Below, piece after piece: positions 56,787-64,000 of a DNA stretch of 64,000 nucleotides. Under the pieces are notes generated by a model. That model was not told the DNA's origin. It was given only the letters and a program-made list of their open reading frames with translations, and made no database searches. Both the position numbers and the translations under genes were made by a program. How positions within the stretch are numbered: the first letter of the stretch is position 1; each line of letters starts with the position of its first letter. The stretch is taken from contig CAZCCU010000002.1 in the NCBI GenBank assembly GCA_964497645.1, forward strand, positions 3,525 through 67,524, given 5' to 3'. The stretch comes from an uncultured Methanosarcinales archaeon. Lineage in GTDB: Archaea; Nanobdellota; Nanobdellia; Woesearchaeales; ARS49.

Positions 56787-57349
56787 GATTCTCTAACTTT
56801 GAAATAAAGGAGATTGCAAAAGCATGGATAGCTGTCTCGCTCATGTTCGCCATAGCAATAACAGGAATCAGCTCAAAACTAATCATCGCGCTGCCATTAA
56901 CATTCTTAACTGCAGGAATAGGATTCCTACTTCACGAACTAGCCCACAAATACGTCGCACAAAGATACAAGTGCTGGGCAGAATTCAGAGCGAACAATCA
57001 AGCGCTAATAATTGGAGTATTGCTGAGCTTCACCGGACTTGTGCTTGCAGCACCAGGAGGAGTATTCATCCGAGGAGCAAACGCCAAACAACACGGCAGG
57101 ATAGCATTAGCAGGGCCGATGACAAATGTAATTATTGCACTTGCCTTTTATGGCATGACAAAAATAACAGCCGGACAAATGTTCGCAGCCTTTGCAGGAT
57201 ACGGACTTCAAATCAACGCGCTCCTGGCAGTGTTCAACATGATCCCATTCCCGCCATTCGACGGGTATTCAGTCTGGCAGTGGAACAAAATAGTTTATCT
57301 CATTGGAACTGCGGCAGCAGGCTCTCTATTCCTGCTGACCTCTCTCTGA
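56783..57349 (+). CDS. M50 (site-2 protease/SpoIVFB-like) zinc metalloprotease
   Basis: HELAH lies in a TM helix and FNMIPFPPFDG is the LDG-type motif. The protein is polytopic. Confidence 0.7.
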   Translation: MRFSNFEIKEIAKAWIAVSLMFAIAITGISSKLIIALPLTFLTAGIGFLLHELAHKYVAQRYKCWAEFRANNQALIIGVLLSFTGLVLAAPGGVFIRGANAKQHGRIALAGPMTNVIIALAFYGMTKITAGQMFAAFAGYGLQINALLAVFNMIPFPPFDGYSVWQWNKIVYLIGTAAAGSLFLLTSL

Positions 57350-57720
57350 GGAAAATAATGAGTGTACATTGTAGTAAATGAAGGATCACTGAGCAATTCA
57401 GTCCAATGCTTAACCGGCGAGTTCGTCAAGACAATATACGAAAGCACATCATAATCAGGTTTTTTTGAGCGAATAGATTCTTCTACTTTTTGAAGAGATA
57501 AGATTCCTTTGATGACTTCTTCATACGGCCACCTGCCCCTGAAATCAACAACAGTGTATAATTCCAAAGAATTCCTGTTTTCCGCAAACCCAACAACTGG
57601 CGGAAAACCCTCGTGGAGTTCATTCTCCACAATTAAGAATTTTCCACCATTCAGCACGCATTCTGCCACTGCGTTTTCAATACCAGGATTGTCAATAATA
57701 CTTCGTCGCTTCACTGTCAC
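57295..57720 (-). CDS. Hypothetical protein
   Basis: It is a 141-aa ORF whose 3' end overlaps the M50 gene by 55 bp in convergent orientation. No motif was recognised. Confidence 0.35.
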   Translation of the reverse strand: MTVKRRSIIDNPGIENAVAECVLNGGKFLIVENELHEGFPPVVGFAENRNSLELYTVVDFRGRWPYEEVIKGILSLQKVEESIRSKKPDYDVLSYIVLTNSPVKHWTELLSDPSFTTMYTHYFPQREVSRNREPAAAVPMR

Positions 57721-57729
57721 ATCTCTGCT

Positions 57730-59070
57730 TTAATCGTAAGCCTTTTTCAACAATTTGTCAACTTTCGGCTGCATATAATCACGCAAAGATTTGCCCTCAT
57801 ATTTCCTGTCAAATTGCTTCTTGGAGAGCATCTTGATTTGATCTGCCGTCAACAAGCGAAATTGCTTATATATCAAGATATCATTCTTCTTATCATAACC
57901 GCTCACGTCAATATTTTTGAAAGTTTCCCTGTCCTTGACGATTTCATCCAAAAACTCAGAAAGGATTGTTTCACCCATTATTTCACCAACCACTGTTTCC
58001 TTGCTCAAGTGGTTGCCGGCAATCTTGAAAGTATCGCCGAGCATCAGAAGAGGATTTCTGTGATACATTTTCGTAAGAATACCGCGATTTTCCCTTTCGC
58101 TCACGGTATCAATGATCAAAGCCCTCCGATCTGCAGTGCTCAACTTGTCCAAAATTTCCTTTCCGTAAATAAAATCATCAATCAAGCCCAGGACTGAACG
58201 CACTTCGCCGTCCTGCTCAAATTGCGATGTGAGCTTTTTAACAAAATCTGCCTCATCTTTCGAGGACTTATAGAGATCTCTCACGGCCATGTGATGAAGC
58301 AAAGACCCCATGCGATCGAAGAGTTTTAATTTATCTTCATACTTATCAAGAAGCTTTGGATCGGCCAATTCAGCATCAAAACCCGCTCCTTTGGTCTTTT
58401 CACCATCATAATAATTCTTTGCCGTTGCTTCAAGAACATTAACACGAATCTCAATCATATCCGTGCCTATCCAATGCACGTTTGATATGCCGGTTGAGAC
58501 AAGATTTCGTTTTTGAGCCCGATATGTAAAGGAATTGGAGATCAATTCAGGCTCAACAACGCGAAGTTTGACATATTCTTTGGTTATCCCGAACAGTTCC
58601 ATCTTCTTTTTTTCAGTGGAATCAATCTTGACAAGCTCATAATTAAAGGCAGTAGATTGATTAAAAATACGCAAGAACTTGAAGCGCAGACCCTGCTCAT
58701 CAAAGAATTTTTCAAGCTCCTTGCAGTCCTTTCCCTGTTTGATGTTTGCTATCCCTTCTTCAGGAATACCCGCTGATTTTAACGCAACTTCAAGTTTTTG
58801 CTCAAGCTCGCCTAGATCCCTGCGTCTCACTCCCATGTCCTTATCATAATTGGCATAGATAAAGTCGCGCAAAGGCGCAATGACGTCCTGACGCACAGGT
58901 TTTTTGACAGCATCTTGAACTTCAATCGGCGCAGGCCTTTCAGAAGCAGAATTATCATTACCTAGAGCTAGAACCCCTGCAATCACCAATGCTTGTAATG
59001 TCCCCACAAATTTCACCTGTTCTAATCTGGAATGTGACCTCTTTTTAAAGGTTACGACACAATTTGTCAC
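57730..59070 (-). CDS. Secreted hypothetical protein
   Basis: The start is a GTG or other non-ATG codon. An N-terminal signal-like VKFVGTLQALVIAGVLALG is followed by a 400-aa charged, helical body. Confidence 0.5.
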   Translation of the reverse strand: MTNCVVTFKKRSHSRLEQVKFVGTLQALVIAGVLALGNDNSASERPAPIEVQDAVKKPVRQDVIAPLRDFIYANYDKDMGVRRRDLGELEQKLEVALKSAGIPEEGIANIKQGKDCKELEKFFDEQGLRFKFLRIFNQSTAFNYELVKIDSTEKKKMELFGITKEYVKLRVVEPELISNSFTYRAQKRNLVSTGISNVHWIGTDMIEIRVNVLEATAKNYYDGEKTKGAGFDAELADPKLLDKYEDKLKLFDRMGSLLHHMAVRDLYKSSKDEADFVKKLTSQFEQDGEVRSVLGLIDDFIYGKEILDKLSTADRRALIIDTVSERENRGILTKMYHRNPLLMLGDTFKIAGNHLSKETVVGEIMGETILSEFLDEIVKDRETFKNIDVSGYDKKNDILIYKQFRLLTADQIKMLSKKQFDRKYEGKSLRDYMQPKVDKLLKKAYD

Positions 59071-59113
59071 AAGATATTAATAGAGGTGAGGGCGAGTGCT
59101 CTAAGGGGTTGAA

Positions 59114-59572
59114 GTGACATACTACTGGTTTCCTCTTCCACGGAAAACCGCACAAAGCGAGGAATTTGAAAAGCTCCGCAAGCAAGGAGAAATATTTGTT
59201 CTCTACCGTACTGTTTTGAAAGTTATTTCAAAAGGCTGTGATTTGCCTGCTGTTTTTGACCCGGCTACAAAGGCACTCACAATGCTATTGCGAGGCGAAA
59301 GCAAGAAAAATCTTTATCTTTCAACAGAACCACGCGAGCTTGATGCATTAGTGAAGCTTGAGTTAAAAGACGGCAAAAAAATAAGCCATTCAGCGTACAT
59401 GAGCGCGTTAAGACCAGTCATACTAGAAAGGTTCACTGCACGCGGGCTCACATATCGTGATATCCTTGCTGCTTCTTCAGACAGAGTCCCCAAAATTTAT
59501 CGCGAGACTTTTAATCGTTCAATTGCAGACATTATTGAGAAGTATATAATTGAACCACGGGATTTCACTTAA
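59114..59572 (+). CDS. Hypothetical protein
   Basis: It is a 152-aa ORF with no recognised motif. Confidence 0.45.
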   Translation: MTYYWFPLPRKTAQSEEFEKLRKQGEIFVLYRTVLKVISKGCDLPAVFDPATKALTMLLRGESKKNLYLSTEPRELDALVKLELKDGKKISHSAYMSALRPVILERFTARGLTYRDILAASSDRVPKIYRETFNRSIADIIEKYIIEPRDFT

Positions 59573-59691
59573 ACCCATGCACTCACCCTATACGGCGGAA
59601 CAAATACCTATTTTTAACGGTTTTGACTGATTTCTACCATAAAATATATAAGAAAAAGGATGAAAGATAGCCCAGTGGGGCTCAATCTGAT

Positions 59692-60489
59692 ATGAGATAT
59701 AGCGATCCGAAAAAACGAGAAAAAATGCTCAAGACTGAGCTACGGAACGGGCTGATATGGGTGCTCTATAAAGAACTTCAGCGGTCTCAGAAATGGATTG
59801 CATATGTTATGGGCACAAACAAAGACGTTATCAGCTCTGCTGTTTATCACGTTCGTGATTTTGACAAGCTATTCAAAGAATGGCTGGCCCGAGAAGTCTA
59901 TCTCTCAGCTCACAACATTACTGACAGGAGGAGCTATAAAACAGAAATCGAACAACTCTGCATGCAAAATCAACATGTCCTCCATGAGCAGGCAAAACTT
60001 CAAGACGAGAAAACAAGAATTGCCTATAGGACGATGTATGCCACTTACATGGCACTCATATGGAAACGCCTGCAACAAAACAAGCCAGCAGATATTTATC
60101 AATACCAGGGCACTATAGTTTCGCCTAAAACAAACCTTGATGGACATTTCATACTGGTGCCAAGAAAAGAATTGCCTTGCTTAGTTGTTTCGAGTAATTC
60201 AAGCAGCATAGAATTATGCGATGAAAATGGATACGAGTTAAATGTGCAGATTAATGGAATAGGCAAAACTGACCCTGCAAAGGATAAAGTTATGCCACTC
60301 CAAAGTATTGCTAATGGTGAAGTATACAACACTTGTCTATCATATTTCCAGAGAAATAAATATGACTCAAGGAATGGCCTGCTCTGCCAAATAGAACAAC
60401 GGGCACGCAAAGAACTTGCTCCGGTTCACATGCGGCTAGAGCACCTTTTCCTTGCAGAGCCGCAATACGCTTCTAATGGGAGAGAGTAA
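59692..60489 (+). CDS. Hypothetical protein
   Basis: It is a 265-aa ORF with no recognised motif. Confidence 0.45.
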   Translation: MRYSDPKKREKMLKTELRNGLIWVLYKELQRSQKWIAYVMGTNKDVISSAVYHVRDFDKLFKEWLAREVYLSAHNITDRRSYKTEIEQLCMQNQHVLHEQAKLQDEKTRIAYRTMYATYMALIWKRLQQNKPADIYQYQGTIVSPKTNLDGHFILVPRKELPCLVVSSNSSSIELCDENGYELNVQINGIGKTDPAKDKVMPLQSIANGEVYNTCLSYFQRNKYDSRNGLLCQIEQRARKELAPVHMRLEHLFLAEPQYASNGRE

Positions 60490-60608
60490 GCATCACACGA
60501 CCGGATAGCTTTGCATACCGCTTATTTTCACTGGACATTCTCGCATAAGCTTTTTATAGCGATGATTTAGCTATTGTGGTAGAATAATATGCAATAATTA
60601 TTTTCAAT

Positions 60609-63600
60609 ATGGAAGATAAAGATTTATTGACGTGGAAGGAAAAGCCCAACACCGAGACAGAAGTAGATGCAATACTCAACCCAACCATCAAAAAATGGTT
60701 CAACAGCCGATTCCCAAGCTTTTCACTGCCACAACTCTTTGGAGTGCTAGAAATACACTCACGCAACAACATACTTGTCTCAGCGCCAACAGGAGCAACA
60801 AAAACACTGACAGGATTCTTATCAATCCTAAATGAACTCGTTGATTCAGCTGAAAAAGGAATCCTTCAAGACAAGGTCTACTGTGTTTACATCTCCCCTT
60901 TGAAAGCACTATCAAATGACATTTCAAAAAATCTGAAAGAACCACTAGAACAAATCGAGCAGATTGCCGGCAAAAGTTTAGGCATTCGAGTTGGCGTACG
61001 AACAGGCGATACAACCGCAACTGAAAAAAGCAAAATGCTCAAGAAACCGCCACACATCCTGATCACGACACCAGAAAGCCTCGCAATCATGCTCGCCTCT
61101 ATGAAATTCAGAGACCACTTGAAAAATGTCGAATGGTGCATAGTAGACGAAATCCACGCACTCGCAGAAAATAAACGCGGAACGCACTTATCTTTATTAT
61201 TAGAAGGACTCCAAAATATCTCAGGACACATGTGCAGAGTAGGTCTTTCTGCAACAGTTGCGCCAATAGACCAGATCGCCCACTTCCTTGTTGGAAATGA
61301 AAGACCGTGCAAGATAATAGACATCCAATTCTTGAAAGACTTAGACTTGAAAGTACTTTCTCCAGTTGACAATTTAATTGACACTCCTCACGGAGTTGCA
61401 CACCACGCCATGTACACGTTAATTGACGAATTAATCCAACAGCACAAAACAACACTCGTGTTCACCAACACCCGTGCGGCAACAGAACGAGTAGTAGACC
61501 ACTTGAAAACACGCTTCCCACAAAAATATATCGGCAACATCGGCGCCCACCACGGCAGCATGAGCAAGCGGATGAGGCTCGAGATAGAGGATAAATTGCG
61601 AAAAGGAGAGCTGAAAGCAGTAGTTTGCTCAACATCGCTTGAACTGGGCATCGACATCGGCTACATTGACCTCGTCGTATGCCTCGGCTCGCCAAAATCA
61701 GCCGCAAGATTCCTCCAAAGAGCAGGAAGAAGCGGGCACAAACTCCACGAAACTGTCAAAGCAAGAATTATCGTCATGGACCGCGATGACTTGGTAGAAT
61801 GCGCAGTCATATTGAAAAGCGCAATCGAGAAAAAAATCGACAAAGTGCACATACCAACCAACGCCCTTGACGTCCTCGCACAACAAATCATCGGAATGGC
61901 ACTAGAACAAGTCTGGGAAGAAAATGAGCTCTACAAGACAATCAAAAAAAGCTACTGCTACAAAGACCTAAAACGAGACCAGTTCAACCAAATACTAAGT
62001 TATCTTGCCGGCGAATTCGCAGAACTAGAAGACCGGCATATTTACGCAAAAATCTGGCGCGAAGACGGAAAAATGGGCAAGAGAGGCAAGATGACCAGAG
62101 TCATCTACATGATGAATATCGGCACAATCCCAGACGAATCATTCATCACAGTAAAAATCGGAACTGAAACAGTCGGAATGCTCGACGAAGGATTCGTAGA
62201 AAAAATGAAACCAGGAGACGTGTTTGTCTTAGGTGGAGAAACTTACATGTTCAAATTCACCAGAGGAATGGTGGCGCAAGTCTCAGCATCTGTTAACAGA
62301 CCGCCAACAGTCCCGCGCTGGGCATCAGAAATGCTTCCACTAAGCTTTGACTTAGCGAACGAGATAGGACGCTTCAGAAGACTGATGCTGGAAAAATTCA
62401 ACGCTGGCGAGAATAAAGCAACAATCATCAAATTCATCAATGAACACCTGTACGTCGATGAAAAAGCAGCCAACGCAATCCACGAATACCTCAAAGAACA
62501 ATATGACTACTGCAAAAAACTGCCTTCAGACAAGACAATATTGATAGAATATTATGCAGATGAACGCGACCAAAAAATCATCTTCCACTCACTCTTCGGA
62601 CGACGCGTGAACGATTGTTTAAGCCGAGCAATAGCCTTCGCGCTCAGCAGAACAGAGCACAAAGACGTCGAACTAGGCATGAACGACAACGGATTCTACA
62701 TCAACGGAAACAAAAAACTCAATCCGATAAAGGCGATCAAACTGCTCAAAGCAGACAAACTGAATTTAATCATGAACAATGCAATTGAGAAAAGCGAAGT
62801 CTTCAAAAGACGCTTCAGACACTGTGCAACTAGGTCGTTCATGATATTGCGCAACTACATGGGACGCCAAAAGCGCGTTGGAAGACAACAAGTCAGCTCA
62901 ATGATACTAATGAGCGCTTTAAAACAACTAGACAACAACTTCACAATACTCCAAGAAGCACGGCGCGAATGCCTTGAAGACTTAATGGACATTGAAAACA
63001 CAAAAAAAGTGCTTCAAGGCATCGAGAATGGGACCATTAAACTTGTTGAGATCGAAACAACCATACCATCACCTTTTGCGCTGAATTTAGCACTGCAAGG
63101 CTACATGGACGTATTGCGCATAGAAGACAAATACGAGTTTTTGCGAAGAATGCACGAACAAATCCTCGCAAAAATAGCAGGAAAAGAAGCAAAAGCAATC
63201 AGCGGAACAGCTTTTGTGGAAAAGTCGCGCGGAGAGAGAAACGAATTCAAAGAAATGCTCAAAAAAGACGCCTGGAACCTAAAACACGTGCCAAAATTCG
63301 CAAAAGCGGAATTAGTTCGCATAATTGACGGCGAAAGAAGCAATATTGATGCGCGATTCATCGAAGGATGCAAGAAATACGAAAAAGAAATCAACGCTAA
63401 CTGGCCGGACGAGCTCAAAAAGTTCCTGTTCACAGTACTCGAAGACCTGAAAACAGGAGATTTCAGCTACGAAGACTTCTGGACAGAAGAAACAGCAAAA
63501 GAAGAAGGAAAAGTCGAAGAAGAGAAGCAGAAGCTGTTTGAACAATTCAACACGGCAGCCAAGAAAGCAAGATTAGACCCGCAAATACGCTACGACGTCT

Positions 63601-63743
63601 ACAAAATGATTGCTGGCGACAAAGAAGGATTCAGAGATGATACCCTGAAATGGATGAAACAGCTCTTCAGCAAGACAGTTCCTAAAGCATGGGAAGATGA
63701 AATAGCCAAGTTTTTACAGAAAAAATTAAAAGAGCTGGCATAA
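60609..63743 (+). CDS. lhr: Lhr-like large ATP-dependent helicase (superfamily 2)
   Basis: SAPTGATKTL is motif I, VDEIHAL is the DEIH box, LSATV is motif III, and the helicase-C arginine finger is QRAGRSGH. The long C-terminal Lhr-core extension is present. Confidence 0.85.
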   Translation: MEDKDLLTWKEKPNTETEVDAILNPTIKKWFNSRFPSFSLPQLFGVLEIHSRNNILVSAPTGATKTLTGFLSILNELVDSAEKGILQDKVYCVYISPLKALSNDISKNLKEPLEQIEQIAGKSLGIRVGVRTGDTTATEKSKMLKKPPHILITTPESLAIMLASMKFRDHLKNVEWCIVDEIHALAENKRGTHLSLLLEGLQNISGHMCRVGLSATVAPIDQIAHFLVGNERPCKIIDIQFLKDLDLKVLSPVDNLIDTPHGVAHHAMYTLIDELIQQHKTTLVFTNTRAATERVVDHLKTRFPQKYIGNIGAHHGSMSKRMRLEIEDKLRKGELKAVVCSTSLELGIDIGYIDLVVCLGSPKSAARFLQRAGRSGHKLHETVKARIIVMDRDDLVECAVILKSAIEKKIDKVHIPTNALDVLAQQIIGMALEQVWEENELYKTIKKSYCYKDLKRDQFNQILSYLAGEFAELEDRHIYAKIWREDGKMGKRGKMTRVIYMMNIGTIPDESFITVKIGTETVGMLDEGFVEKMKPGDVFVLGGETYMFKFTRGMVAQVSASVNRPPTVPRWASEMLPLSFDLANEIGRFRRLMLEKFNAGENKATIIKFINEHLYVDEKAANAIHEYLKEQYDYCKKLPSDKTILIEYYADERDQKIIFHSLFGRRVNDCLSRAIAFALSRTEHKDVELGMNDNGFYINGNKKLNPIKAIKLLKADKLNLIMNNAIEKSEVFKRRFRHCATRSFMILRNYMGRQKRVGRQQVSSMILMSALKQLDNNFTILQEARRECLEDLMDIENTKKVLQGIENGTIKLVEIETTIPSPFALNLALQGYMDVLRIEDKYEFLRRMHEQILAKIAGKEAKAISGTAFVEKSRGERNEFKEMLKKDAWNLKHVPKFAKAELVRIIDGERSNIDARFIEGCKKYEKEINANWPDELKKFLFTVLEDLKTGDFSYEDFWTEETAKEEGKVEEEKQKLFEQFNTAAKKARLDPQIRYDVYKMIAGDKEGFRDDTLKWMKQLFSKTVPKAWEDEIAKFLQKKLKELA

Positions 63744-63753
63744 TACCACTCAT

Positions 63754-64000
63754 ATGATCGTTATTGTGGGCGCGGGCAAGTTCGGACAAGCAATCTCCAA
63801 GCTACTGGGAAGCAATAAAAACCAGCTCGTAGACATCGAATCAGATGGCACTTATTCTGCAGATACAGTTGAGAAAATCAAGAAAGCAGACAAACTGATC
63901 ATCTGCGTTCCCTCACCAGTATTCTCTGACTGCATAAACATGATATCGCTCATCGTAAACCCAGACGCGCCAATACTCAGCACCACAAAAGGGCTTTATG
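63754..64000 (+). CDS. NAD(P)-binding Rossmann-fold oxidoreductase (GpsA/ApbA-like), 5' partial
   Basis: MIVIVGAGKFGQAISKLLG is a GxGxxG dinucleotide fold. ADKLIICVPSPVFSDCIN resembles the glycerol-3-P dehydrogenase or ketopantoate reductase family. The gene is truncated by the window end. Confidence 0.45.
   Translation, partial: MIVIVGAGKFGQAISKLLGSNKNQLVDIESDGTYSADTVEKIKKADKLIICVPSPVFSDCINMISLIVNPDAPILSTTKGLY

Noticed and set aside
1-64000. Possibility that the contig is bacterial (bacterial-type DnaK/DnaJ/GrpE and a sigma-70-like gene are present) or chimeric
   Set aside because: L15e, the short archaeal TIM, the family-B polymerase and the Sec11-type signal peptidase are spread across the window and argue for an archaeal backbone. 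Chimerism around 33-36 kb cannot be excluded from sequence alone and is listed as a check under the sigma finding.
1-64000. Search for tRNA, rRNA, CRISPR arrays and IS or transposase genes
   Set aside because: No cloverleaf-like GC-rich segments, no conserved T-loop GTTCGAATC-type motifs, no spaced direct repeats and no transposase-like ORFs were seen in any intergenic region. Intergenic spacers are short and AT-rich.

Overview
This window is an archaeal chromosomal segment of roughly 45% GC (judged by eye). The archaeal assignment rests on markers read directly from the translations: ribosomal protein L15e, a family-B DNA polymerase with the YxDTDS and KxxxNSxYG motifs, a short archaeal-type triosephosphate isomerase and a Sec11/S26B-type signal peptidase I. 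Core genes present are polB, ndk, tpiA, a thioredoxin, L15e, a cold-shock protein, a bacterial-type grpE-dnaK-dnaJ heat-shock operon, an Lhr-like helicase, an ABC-2 exporter, a Hanks-type Ser/Thr kinase, an ADP-ribosylglycohydrolase, an M50 protease, a metallophosphoesterase and a NYN nuclease. About a third of the window encodes cell-surface proteins: a 2000-aa and a 1394-aa type-I membrane-anchored giant protein with cadherin-like VNDAP/VNRPP repeats, a 1679-aa subtilisin fusion, several further secreted or anchored proteins, a Cys-rich lipoprotein and a pilin-like protein. No rRNA, tRNA, CRISPR array or transposase was found. Seven things stand out as unusual. First, a sigma-70-family (region 2 plus region 4) protein sits in this archaeal context, immediately upstream of a tandem pair of paralogous genes of unknown function. 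Second, the subtilisin giant protein has a post-TM C-terminal HExxH domain and a tightly abutting downstream ORF, an arrangement resembling a polymorphic toxin with an immunity gene. Third, the 2000-aa giant protein contains a pentapeptide-like periodic beta-helix-like module, a run of about 20 glycines encoded by a GGN tract, and extreme N-x-S/T sequon density. Fourth, three palindromes sharing a CAACTTCGTTG core lie in the divergent promoter region of the heat-shock operon. Fifth, two zinc-ribbon mini-ORFs are missing from the ORF track, one TFB-like and coupled to the NYN nuclease, the other upstream of L15e. Sixth, a JAB-like protein is paired divergently with a Tat-signal HExxH lipoprotein. 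Seventh, a degenerate stand-alone receiver domain sits 5 bp upstream of polB. All coordinates and functional calls come from reading motifs in the supplied translations. No database search was run.
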